Source: Micavibrio sp. (GTDB lineage Bacteria > Pseudomonadota > Alphaproteobacteria > Micavibrionales > Micavibrionaceae). From it: DNA of 64,000 bases. The position numbers and the translations under genes were made by a program. Of the stretch, positions 8,920 through 17,751 are shown one piece after another (position 1 is the first letter of the stretch; each line of letters starts with the position of its first letter). The stretch is from positions 43,444 through 107,443 of the forward strand of contig BQJE01000001.1 of assembly GCA_021604545.1 (NCBI GenBank). Reading direction: 5' to 3'. A model generated the notes under the pieces. It was not told where the DNA came from and made no database searches. It saw nothing but the letters and a program-made list of their open reading frames with translations.

Positions 8920-11900
8920 TTACCGTCCTAGTACGAGTGGCTCCGTTTCTTTAAGGAAGTTGTCCAGCATCATTCGTCTTTCCTGCTGGTTTTTTGGTGT
9001 TTGTATAGCAGGTAAGTTCGTTGCTTGCGCAAATTGTCCTGATGGGTTGTCAGGATTTGTTTCCTCAAGGAACTTATTCAGATAAGCGCGCGTTTTTTCT
9101 TGATCCACCACGACAACGGCTGGGTCCGGTATTTGTGACATTGTTTTGAACTGGCGCCTTGTTTCGCGCAGGCGTTCTTGTGGATTCTTTCCAGCAATGA
9201 TGTCTTTTGCAATTCTCATATCATCCATGATTTCGTCTGGCGGTACTTGCCCAATGATGCTGAAAGCCATCCGCATATCTTCTTTTAATTCAGCAGCGGC
9301 CAATCTCGATTCGGTTTCGCCGCGGTCGCCAAGATAATGTTTGTTAAATTCCATGAGGCTGAGGCCCGGTGCATCGGTGCTGAAATAATCTTCCACTTCT
9401 AAATTTAGTGGTGCGGCTTTTCCTAATTTCTTTTTGACCATTTTTTGTACGGGATCGCTGTTCCATAAATTCCTGCCGGCGGCTGTGTATCCTCTGAGGG
9501 GGCTCAGTCCCAAATCGACAATATCCAGAAGGAGTTCTGTTGTTCTGTTGCCGACGTCAAGATCGGTATTCGTAAATGGAACAACAAGATTGCCCTCTTC
9601 ATTGGTTATCCATGTTTCTTTTTCGGGTGTCATCGTGCCTTCGATGGTGCCTTCAATAGCAGCTAAAGCAGTACCACCAGCGCCCAGAGCTATCGCAGTT
9701 TTCTTGGCGGCTGTGTTTGTAAACAAGGGTTTTGTAACCAAGATGGCCGGGCGGATGGGTAGGGTAGCCCAGTTCCAAAGAAGCTTAGTAACTACTTTAG
9801 CTCGTGCCGCTAACTCCCAACCTCTTTTCTCGTCTTTCCCAAGTTCGGGTAACCATAGAACTCGTGGTGCCGGGTTTTTAGGATCCACAGAAGGAGATGT
9901 ATAACCACCAGATAGATAGGCTTTGGTCTCTGCCCACCAATTGCGGGCCCTTTGTACGACAAACATATCCATAAATGGCACCGCAATTTCACCTTCACCG
10001 GCAAATCGCTTTCCGTGCCAAAGTAAGTGACTCATACGGACAAACAGGTCCAGGACATGTCTTTGAAATTGTGGGAACGGGCTGTGGCCCATCCATGCTT
10101 CTTCAAAGGCTACCCCTCCCAAAAATTCATCAAAATGTGCCATTGCTGTGGCTGCTTCAGGTGTGCCTTGTGTTATCCTGATAGCCTTAACATCGGGGCG
10201 GTCTTTTTCACTCCCCAGCATGTTAGACAGGCCTTGCGGGATTTTATTTTCTTCACCGCGTCCGGTCATCCATTGCAGACGCTGTATGGCTTTGATGTAT
10301 TCCCACTCTCTACCGGCACCGTAAACTGTTCTGGCTTGTCCATCGAGATATTCAGTAACTGATTTCTTTTGACTTATGACCTCTTGCAGCTCATGTGCCA
10401 TTTCAATCAGGATGGCAAATCTCTCGGAGTTATCCCGGTCTGGAAACTCAATTATGTCTGCGATCCTTCTGTTTGAGTTATAATAACCAACATCAAACAT
10501 GCGCATCAGGGCATCTATATCCTCTATTTTATTTTTACGCATCTTCCAATTTCCACCCAAAGTTTTAGGAACAAAGCGTTTCCAGTTATATATGGCTTTG
10601 TCTTGGTCCCTTTGGAAGGCATTGGCTGATTTTTCCTGGTTGGCATTACCTGTGAGTTTTTTAATGTCCCACAGGCTTTTTCTGATTGCCTTTCCAACCG
10701 CAGATTCATCAATGTTTTTTCCCAGAATGTCATCAAATTCTTTGGAGTATTGTGTTCCAAACCCACTGCCTATATCACTTAATTTTTCAGCTGTGGATTT
10801 GATATTAAGGACATATCGATACATGGCATCTGCCTGACGGTGCTCAAGCCGGAAACTGCCTTTCCCCCCATTTTTGGCATTGGTTACATAGGCGATTCTT
10901 TGTTCTAGCGAAAGTGTGAGCCCGGTACCCTTTGCGGCCTGGCTTGCTTCCCAGTCATCAATGATTTTTGTTGCTCTTGCGCCGGCTTCGTCTGGATCTA
11001 TACCTTTTTCTGCTTTTCGTGCCAGCTCTGTGACCTTGGCAAGATCTCTTTCCAGTTCAATTTCATCAACGATGCTGTCCAGACTTTTTGCGAAATCCCC
11101 TAGTTTCGTTTCGTTGTCTAACCTGAACTGGTCGACAAGGTCTGCACACTCCTTTTTAGCTTGCGTAGCATCAATTTCATTTCTTTCCGCTCGTCTTGCA
11201 ACTTTCTCGAGCTGTGCTTCAAGCGTAGAGACGATCTCGTTCATATTGTGTCTGCTATCCAGTATTTTATCATCTATGGCATGTATGAATGCGTGCATGT
11301 ACTTGCCCATGGCCAGATCATTTGGAAGCCAGTCAGAGGGATCTCCAGTTTTCCATGGGGGTAGCATTCTTCGTGGCAAACCCGCCGCCCATACTGCGGT
11401 GTGCATCCAGCTTCTCTCAGGCGCAGCAATAATTTTGTCAGATGTTATCAGGCCGCTCGGTGCGCCCCTATACCAGCTGCGAACTTTGTTTCCAGCTTTT
11501 TTTACGCCGCCTACAACGGAGCCGAGCTTTCCGCCAGTCCATGATACAACTTTCGGTATGACAACAGGGCCGAGGGCACCAAAGGCGCCGCCCATGACGA
11601 CCTGCTGTGCGAAGAGGTCGGTTCTGAATTCCTTTTCCCTGCCGATGGTGACGTCTGTGTCGAGGCGGTGCTTGGCATCGATGGCTGCGAAACTTGTGCC
11701 TTCAACCAAACCCATGGCGGCTCCGTATGTTTTTGATACTGGGCCTGCGGCTGTTTTAGCACTTGATACGGCAGCTCTAATTCCGGATGATTTAATGGCG
11801 CTCAGACCGCCTTTGGCGACGTTCCAGCCAATTTGTAGACCTTTACCCAAAAAGCCGGCGGGAAGCATAAGAATGTTTTCGGGGGCGGCCAGAGTTTCGA

Positions 11901-12441
11901 GTACAAATTCAATATTGCTGGCATCGTATTTATCGTAAACATCTTTTAGATAGCGCAAGGCTTCTTTTTGTTCCGGCGTAGCCTTCTCAGCTTTTCTGTC
12001 AACGCCGATCGAACCACCTATATCATCGCTATTGAACCAGTTCAGTGGATTGATGAGTTCGGTACTCCACTCGGCCAGGCCGGTTTCATAGTCCATCATA
12101 AATTCCATACCGTAGTTTATGACTTCGTCATCGCTCATTGATTGAGGCGGCGGCTTGCCTTTCATCATTTCATAGGTATGGACACTGGCCCTCAGCAATG
12201 ATTGTCTAAGGGCAGCGTTTTCTGGTTTGTCTTCGTAATCTTCGTCCTGGAATTTGTTTTCCCGGTGCAGGACAGTCTGGTCGTATTTCTCTTCGTAGCT
12301 TTCTCCGCCCAGGCCGGTAGCGGCTTGCTGGAATCTTGACACGGCAGTTTCGCGCCCTTGCTCTAATGCAGGGTCGCGTTCTTCCGTCGTCGCTGTCGCG
12401 GACGGTTTGTCTATCGTTATAAATTTGTTAATATCCGCCAT
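8920..12441 (-). CDS. 1173-aa orphan protein with Gly/Ala-rich hydrophobic segments
   Basis: This is a single long ORF. Hydrophobic segments include VVMGGAFGALGPVVIPKVV and AIALGAGGTALAAIEGTI. No recognisable domain or signal peptide. Confidence 0.7.
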   Translation of the reverse strand: MADINKFITIDKPSATATTEERDPALEQGRETAVSRFQQAATGLGGESYEEKYDQTVLHRENKFQDEDYEDKPENAALRQSLLRASVHTYEMMKGKPPPQSMSDDEVINYGMEFMMDYETGLAEWSTELINPLNWFNSDDIGGSIGVDRKAEKATPEQKEALRYLKDVYDKYDASNIEFVLETLAAPENILMLPAGFLGKGLQIGWNVAKGGLSAIKSSGIRAAVSSAKTAAGPVSKTYGAAMGLVEGTSFAAIDAKHRLDTDVTIGREKEFRTDLFAQQVVMGGAFGALGPVVIPKVVSWTGGKLGSVVGGVKKAGNKVRSWYRGAPSGLITSDKIIAAPERSWMHTAVWAAGLPRRMLPPWKTGDPSDWLPNDLAMGKYMHAFIHAIDDKILDSRHNMNEIVSTLEAQLEKVARRAERNEIDATQAKKECADLVDQFRLDNETKLGDFAKSLDSIVDEIELERDLAKVTELARKAEKGIDPDEAGARATKIIDDWEASQAAKGTGLTLSLEQRIAYVTNAKNGGKGSFRLEHRQADAMYRYVLNIKSTAEKLSDIGSGFGTQYSKEFDDILGKNIDESAVGKAIRKSLWDIKKLTGNANQEKSANAFQRDQDKAIYNWKRFVPKTLGGNWKMRKNKIEDIDALMRMFDVGYYNSNRRIADIIEFPDRDNSERFAILIEMAHELQEVISQKKSVTEYLDGQARTVYGAGREWEYIKAIQRLQWMTGRGEENKIPQGLSNMLGSEKDRPDVKAIRITQGTPEAATAMAHFDEFLGGVAFEEAWMGHSPFPQFQRHVLDLFVRMSHLLWHGKRFAGEGEIAVPFMDMFVVQRARNWWAETKAYLSGGYTSPSVDPKNPAPRVLWLPELGKDEKRGWELAARAKVVTKLLWNWATLPIRPAILVTKPLFTNTAAKKTAIALGAGGTALAAIEGTIEGTMTPEKETWITNEEGNLVVPFTNTDLDVGNRTTELLLDIVDLGLSPLRGYTAAGRNLWNSDPVQKMVKKKLGKAAPLNLEVEDYFSTDAPGLSLMEFNKHYLGDRGETESRLAAAELKEDMRMAFSIIGQVPPDEIMDDMRIAKDIIAGKNPQERLRETRRQFKTMSQIPDPAVVVVDQEKTRAYLNKFLEETNPDNPSGQFAQATNLPAIQTPKNQQERRMMLDNFLKETEPLVLGR

Positions 12442-12542
12442 GGATACACACCTTCTTTTCTATTACCTCTTTGCCGTTTGTCCGTATTTTTACGGTTCTA
12501 ATTATTTTATTTTTTATCGTTTTTTATCGTTGTCGTTTTTTA

Positions 12543-13166
12543 TTAATACATTCCTGTTGGTTCAGGTTCTTCTTGTGTAAGTGCCTCGGTGACCTGTCCG
12601 TATTTTTGTTTGATCCAGTTCACGGGCGTTTCCAATTTAATGCCGTTTGTTTGTTTGGGACCTTTCTGGCTTGCCTCATCATTGAAGTAGCTTTTAAAGT
12701 AATCTTTTAGAAAATAGTTCCAAAACAAGCCAACAATGGCTGTAGCAGCTGCACCATAAACGGTACTCTTAGCCGCACCGCCTGTTACCACGCCTGCTAT
12801 TAAAGGGACTGCGAAAGTACTAACTGTGTCCCAAGTTCCGGCTTCTTCAGGCTCTCCTTTGTTATCATCAAAGTGTTTTCCTAGAGCTCTTTCACGGGGC
12901 TCGCCGGAGAATTCTACAGGGTCTGGGGGGGCTGTGGCTCTTTTGTTAGAAGAGTGTCCCCGCGGAGTTATCTCATCCTCAGGTTTGTTTTTTCCTGCAA
13001 TGGTTACCTTGGTACCATCAACGATCATAGAAAAACGTTGACTAAAAGATTTGTCTTTTGCGTTCACAGCTCTTTGAAAGGATTCCATTATGCCGCCGTT
13101 ATAGACTCCGCGATCAGTGAGGTCGGCGAATCCTAGAAAAGTTGCAAGCCATGCTATAGGACCCAT
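12543..13166 (-). CDS. 207-aa orphan protein with a Gly/Ala-zipper hydrophobic hairpin
   Basis: The hairpin is FAVPLIAGVVTGGAAKSTVYGAAATAIVGLFW. A strong RBS (AGAGGGGGG) lies 8 nt upstream of the ATG. Confidence 0.6.
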   Translation of the reverse strand: MGPIAWLATFLGFADLTDRGVYNGGIMESFQRAVNAKDKSFSQRFSMIVDGTKVTIAGKNKPEDEITPRGHSSNKRATAPPDPVEFSGEPRERALGKHFDDNKGEPEEAGTWDTVSTFAVPLIAGVVTGGAAKSTVYGAAATAIVGLFWNYFLKDYFKSYFNDEASQKGPKQTNGIKLETPVNWIKQKYGQVTEALTQEEPEPTGMY

Positions 13167-13359
13167 AGCTATACCCCCCTCTTATAAAGGGGGTAGAAAG
13201 GTGGCTTTTTCACCATGTGATGAAATATGCGTAAAGATCTGTTTTTAAACAGCTTTTTCATACCCTTATTACCTTCTTACCGTTTTACTTTTTTATCGTT
13301 TTTTCTTATGGTTAAGTGCATTGTACCTGAAAACACAGGGCCATTGCAAATTTTTATGG

Positions 13360-13375
13360 TTAACAAAGGGTTAAC
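13360..13375. promoter_or_regulatory. Perfect CtrA-box consensus TTAA-N7-TTAAC
   Basis: The site is ttaacaaagggttaac. It lies in the purH / orphan-operon intergenic region, ~195 nt upstream of the 207-aa gene start. Confidence 0.5.
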
Positions 13376-13405
13376 GGAAAGAAGGGTATCGCAGGCGGAG
13401 TAGGC

Positions 13406-15010
13406 TTAATGGCGGAAATGGCGGATGCCTGTGAAGACCATCGCCAGACCACGTTCATTGGCGGCTTCGATGACTTCTTCGTCGCGCATGGAGCCGCCGG
13501 GCTGGATGACAGCCGTAACACCGGCATCGGCTGCGGCAATTAAACCATCAGCGAAAGGAAAGAATGCGTCAGAGGCAACGACCGAGCCTTTGGTTAACGG
13601 TTCGTCATAACCGATTTCCGTCGCCGCGTCTTTTGCCTTTTGCGCAGCGATGCGCGCGGAGTCAATACGGCTCATCTGTCCCGCACCAATGCCGACTGTC
13701 GCGCCATCTTTGGCGTAGACGATGGCATTTGATTTCACATGTTTGGCAACCTTAAAGGCAAAGAGCATATCTGCCATTTCGTTTTTGGTTGGTTCACGGT
13801 CCGAGACGACCTTTAGCGTTTCATCATCGACACTGCCGATGTCATGATCCTGTACCAACAACCCGCCGGCAATGCGCGTAACCTGTCTGCGTTGTTGGGC
13901 CATGTCAGGCATGGTGCCAGTGGTAAGAACACGGATTTTATCTTTCTTCTTTAACACTTCGATGGCCTGGGCATCGATAGACGGGGCAATGATAACTTCG
14001 ACGAATCCCTGGATAATAGCTTCAGCTGTGTCTTTTGTCAGAGGTTGATTGAGAGCGATAATACCGCCAAAGGCGCTTACAGGATCACATTGTAGCGCGT
14101 GCTTATAGGCATCGAGTGTGTTATCGGCTGTTGCGACGCCGCATGGATTGGCATGTTTGATAATCGCCACAGTAGGCTCTTCAAAGTCGGCAACCAGCTC
14201 AAAGGCAGCATTTGTGTCGTTGAGATTGTTATAGGAAAGTTCTTTGCCCTGAACCTGGGCGGCGCGGGCGGCACCGGGACGTATGCTGCCATCGACCAAA
14301 TAGAGTGCGGCGCTTTGGTGCGGATTTTCACCATAGCGTAGTGTTTGTTTTAATGTGCCGGAAAAGCTAATGCGGAGTGGGTAGTGCTCTTTTGTCTGTG
14401 CCGTAAACCAGCTGGCAATGTTGGAATCATAGGTGGCTGTAAGGGCAAAAGCATGAGCAGCCAGTTTCTGGCGCAAAGGATAGGTGAGGGCACCATCATG
14501 CTCCTTCATTTCTTTGAGGACTTCTTCGTAATCCTGCGGGTCAGTAACAACAGCGACAAAGTCGTGGTTTTTAGCGGCAGAGCGCAACATAGATGGCCCG
14601 CCAATATCAATGTTTTCAATGCAGGTGGCAAAGTCGGCATTGTTGCTTATGGTTTCAGCGAAGGGATACAAATTGACCACGATCATGTCGATATCACTGA
14701 TGCCATGCTCTTCCATGGCTTTTTGATGAGATTCATCATCGCGCTTGGCCAGGATGCCGCCATGGATTTTCGGGTGCAGGGTTTTAACCCGCCCATCCAT
14801 AATTTCAGGAAAACCTGTATGGGAGGAAACGTCTTTGACGGGAATGCCGACTTTTTCCAGTGCGGATGCCGTGCCGCCGGTTGAAAGAATTTCAACACCC
14901 ATTTCATGAAGGCTGCGGGCAAAATCCTCTATACCGTCTTTATCAGAAACAGAGATGACAGCGCGCTTGATTTTAATCTCACGCGGATCGCGAATTTTGT
15001 TCTCACTCAT
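13406..15010 (-). CDS. purH: Bifunctional AICAR transformylase / IMP cyclohydrolase
   Basis: The MGS-like N-terminus ([23 protein letters not shown]) and the AICARFT C-terminus ending FTGIRHFRH are present. I chose the start at MSENKIRD (15010), which has an AAAGGA RBS. Confidence 0.95.
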   Translation of the reverse strand: MSENKIRDPREIKIKRAVISVSDKDGIEDFARSLHEMGVEILSTGGTASALEKVGIPVKDVSSHTGFPEIMDGRVKTLHPKIHGGILAKRDDESHQKAMEEHGISDIDMIVVNLYPFAETISNNADFATCIENIDIGGPSMLRSAAKNHDFVAVVTDPQDYEEVLKEMKEHDGALTYPLRQKLAAHAFALTATYDSNIASWFTAQTKEHYPLRISFSGTLKQTLRYGENPHQSAALYLVDGSIRPGAARAAQVQGKELSYNNLNDTNAAFELVADFEEPTVAIIKHANPCGVATADNTLDAYKHALQCDPVSAFGGIIALNQPLTKDTAEAIIQGFVEVIIAPSIDAQAIEVLKKKDKIRVLTTGTMPDMAQQRRQVTRIAGGLLVQDHDIGSVDDETLKVVSDREPTKNEMADMLFAFKVAKHVKSNAIVYAKDGATVGIGAGQMSRIDSARIAAQKAKDAATEIGYDEPLTKGSVVASDAFFPFADGLIAAADAGVTAVIQPGGSMRDEEVIEAANERGLAMVFTGIRHFRH

Positions 15011-15093
15011 GAAAAAGTCCTTTAATTGCCTGGACGTGCAAAAGCCTTCAATTTTTTGCACGTCCTAATAATGATGTTTTAGGGGGAAAAGGC

Positions 15094-15969
15094 CTATTGT
15101 GCAATAGCCTGCGTGCTTTTGGCGGCTTGTTCTGTTCCAGGCTCTGCGTCGAATTGATTGTCTTTTGTTACGTATAATCCGCGCTTTTCTTTTACCGGCT
15201 TGAAGGTATCAGTTATGCCCAGCACAGTTTCCGCGCCGCCCAGGAATAAAAAACCATCCGGAGCTATAATTTTAGACATTTTTTCAAAAATCTGTGCCTT
15301 GGTTTCCTCATCAAAGTAAATCAGCACATTACGACAGAATATAATGTCGAAGGTTCCAAGGGCGGCCATGCTGTCGAGAAGGTTGAAGTATTCGAATTGG
15401 ATCATTTTCCTGATGTCATCATTCAGGCGCCATTTTTCATCATCCTGTGTGAAGTGCTTCATAAGCATTGTGATAGGCAGACCACGCTGTACCTCGAATT
15501 GGGAATAGACGCCGTTTCGGGCCTGGTCAAGAATGTCGCTTGATATGTCTGTTGCTTTAATACTTATGTCCCAGCCGGAAAAGACAGACCCCTGTTCTTT
15601 GGTCACCATAGCCAAAGAATAGGGCTCCTGGCCACTTGAGGCGGCTGCGCACCAGATTTTTATTTTCCTCTGGTTCACACGATTTTTAAGCATATAAGGC
15701 AAAACAGTATCTCTGAACAGATCAAAAGGTTTTATATCCCGAAAGAAAGACGTTTCATTTGTGGTCATCGCCTCGATAATGTCATTGACTAGATTTTTGT
15801 CAGGGACGGCTTGCAAAGCACCGGTCATCGCTTCGAGGGAGGCGAATTCCCATTTTTTTGCAACCGGGCCGAGCCGAGATTCAACCAAGTAGGCTTTGTC
15901 CTGCGTCAGAACCAGTCCTGAACGCTCTTTTAGCAAATCTCTATAGATATCAAAATCCGTAATACGCAT
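15094..15969 (-). CDS. cheR: Chemotaxis protein methyltransferase CheR
   Basis: It has the CheR N-domain and SAM-binding motifs (TNETSFFRD, IWCAAASSGQEPYSLAM, IFCRNVLIYFD). Confidence 0.93.
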   Translation of the reverse strand: MRITDFDIYRDLLKERSGLVLTQDKAYLVESRLGPVAKKWEFASLEAMTGALQAVPDKNLVNDIIEAMTTNETSFFRDIKPFDLFRDTVLPYMLKNRVNQRKIKIWCAAASSGQEPYSLAMVTKEQGSVFSGWDISIKATDISSDILDQARNGVYSQFEVQRGLPITMLMKHFTQDDEKWRLNDDIRKMIQFEYFNLLDSMAALGTFDIIFCRNVLIYFDEETKAQIFEKMSKIIAPDGFLFLGGAETVLGITDTFKPVKEKRGLYVTKDNQFDAEPGTEQAAKSTQAIAQ

Positions 15970-15970
15970 G

Positions 15971-16082
15971 ATATAGTCACTTCCTTTTACTTTTGCAGTG
16001 CGTTACTGCGCTCCTAAAGTAGTGGTCTTTTCTACTCGTCGTCGCTTGTGCCTTCTGCAAAAGTAAAATCAAGCGACTATAT
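15971..16082. repeat. 112-bp palindromic element between cheB and cheR (28-bp arms, 25/28 complementary)
   Basis: atatagtcacttccttttacttttgcag at 15971-15998 pairs with ctgcaaaagtaaaatcaagcgactatat at 16055-16082. The cheR-proximal arm contains the cheR Shine-Dalgarno sequence (AAGGAAG). Confidence 0.65.
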
Positions 16083-16094
16083 GTTGTAAATAAC

Positions 16095-17243
16095 CTAACC
16101 TAAAACTATTTTCCGAACATGAGGGCCTATTTCCGATAGGGGTATCACAGCATTGCAAATACCTGCTTGTGCGACGGCCCCCGGCATCCCCCAGACTACA
16201 CTTGTTGCTTCATCCTGTGCAATCAGGCGTCCGCCTTTTTCAACCAGTAATTTGGCACCGCCCAGCCCGTCATGGCCCATGCCAGTTAAAATGACGCCCA
16301 GAACTTTTTTGTCGAAGATATCAATGAGGGAGCGAAACATGGGGTCTGCTGAGGGTTTGCAGAAATTCTCCGGGGGCCCGCTATCGATGGTAATCGAAAG
16401 TTGTCCGTCGTTTTCGATGATTTTCATGTGGAATCCGCCGGGGGCTACATAGGCATGTCCTTTTTCTACAGCCATGCCTTCGGCACCTTCACAGGTTGGA
16501 ACGCCTGACTGCTGCTCAATATGATCGGCCAGAATCTTTGTAAATGTTGCCGGCATGTGCTGGGTAATGAAAATGGGCACATCAAAATCTTTAAAGCTTT
16601 TGATGACCTCAAAGAGAGCTTGTGGGCCACCGGTCGAGCTCCCGATTGCAACAACGGAAGGTTTCCCCTTATATATGTGTGCACCTTGTTGTAGAACAAT
16701 CTTCTCTGCTGTAGGTTCTGGCGCTATGGCTGCCGCAGGAACGGAAGGTCGCGGCATGGTTACGGCATCGTCTCCGGCGGTACGTTGTCTCTCAGGCACG
16801 AGCCCTTTAATCAGATTGAGAAGATTTTTCTGAAATTCTGTACCCTCTCCCGTTTCTTGAGAGCTGTTTGGCTTTACCAGGCATTCAACAGCTCCCAAAG
16901 TCATAGCTTTCATGGTAACGCTGGCGCCTTTCTCAGTAAGGCTTGAGAACATGATCACTTTTGCATCGGGGCAAATTTCCAGCAACTTGGGCAGAGCTGT
17001 TAACCCATCCATGACCGGCATTTCAATGTCGAGAATAATGATGTGTGGGTTCGCTTTTTTGATGGCAGACACAGCCATTTCGCCATTGGAAACGGAATTG
17101 ACGACTTTGATGGCAGGGTCACTTTCCAGAGTTTTTGACAAAATGCCACGGATTACGGCTGAGTCATCGACAAGCATGACACCAATAGTGCCTGAACCCG
17201 GTGGTGTATCCCCGGGCGTTGAAGAAGATGTATTGTTCAGCAT
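16095..17243 (-). CDS. cheB: Chemotaxis response regulator protein-glutamate methylesterase CheB
   Basis: It has an N-terminal receiver (VMLVDDSAVIR...DIEMPVMDG) and a C-terminal methylesterase domain (GSSTGGP, GMGHDG). Confidence 0.93.
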   Translation of the reverse strand: MLNNTSSSTPGDTPPGSGTIGVMLVDDSAVIRGILSKTLESDPAIKVVNSVSNGEMAVSAIKKANPHIIILDIEMPVMDGLTALPKLLEICPDAKVIMFSSLTEKGASVTMKAMTLGAVECLVKPNSSQETGEGTEFQKNLLNLIKGLVPERQRTAGDDAVTMPRPSVPAAAIAPEPTAEKIVLQQGAHIYKGKPSVVAIGSSTGGPQALFEVIKSFKDFDVPIFITQHMPATFTKILADHIEQQSGVPTCEGAEGMAVEKGHAYVAPGGFHMKIIENDGQLSITIDSGPPENFCKPSADPMFRSLIDIFDKKVLGVILTGMGHDGLGGAKLLVEKGGRLIAQDEATSVVWGMPGAVAQAGICNAVIPLSEIGPHVRKIVLG

Positions 17244-17266
17244 GGCTATAAAGGAGCCTCTTTCTT

Positions 17267-17650
17267 TTACTCTGTTGAGGATTCGTTCATTAGGCCAATT
17301 TGTGAGAATTTTGATTCTATAATTTCACTGTCAAAAGGCTTCATAATGTATTCATTGGCCCCGGCCTGCATGGCTCTTTGAATGTGGCTCATATCATTTT
17401 CAGTTGTGCAGAATATCACTTTTGGATGCTGCCCGTTATCCATCTGGCGGAGTTTTTCAAGAAATTCTATACCGCTCATGACCGGCATGTTCCAATCAAG
17501 AAGAATGGCATCAGGCATGGTTTGTTCGCAGGCTTCGTACGCCTTTTGGCCATCTTCGGCCTCAACACACTCAAAACCAAGATCCTCGGCGATGCGCCGG
17601 GCTACTTTTCGGACAACGCGGCTGTCGTCAACAACAAGACAAGATTTCAT
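17267..17650 (-). CDS. cheY: Single-domain response regulator CheY
   Basis: The 127-aa receiver carries the DD...D...K signature (VVDDS, LLDWNMP, MKPF) and sits inside the che operon. Confidence 0.88.
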   Translation of the reverse strand: MKSCLVVDDSRVVRKVARRIAEDLGFECVEAEDGQKAYEACEQTMPDAILLDWNMPVMSGIEFLEKLRQMDNGQHPKVIFCTTENDMSHIQRAMQAGANEYIMKPFDSEIIESKFSQIGLMNESSTE

Positions 17651-17751
17651 TTTGATATGTTACTCCCGTAGATTGCAGCGTAGAAAAACCCAGTATCAGT
17701 TTATAGACTTTATTGTGAATGCGTACCTATAATTCTGTCCTTATACACATA

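Noticed and set aside
10916-11938. A 340-aa plus-strand ORF antisense to the 1173-aa gene.
   Set aside because: It is Ser/Ala/Pro/Leu-rich, low-complexity, shadow-frame sequence. It has no RBS and lies entirely inside a much longer ORF with better coding character.
5577-13166. The idea that the orphan operon is a prophage, GTA remnant or conjugative module.
   Set aside because: I saw no terminase, portal, capsid, tail, integrase, relaxase or T4SS signatures. No att-like direct repeats or tRNA flank it. The idea cannot be excluded without profile searches, so it is kept only as a refutation route.
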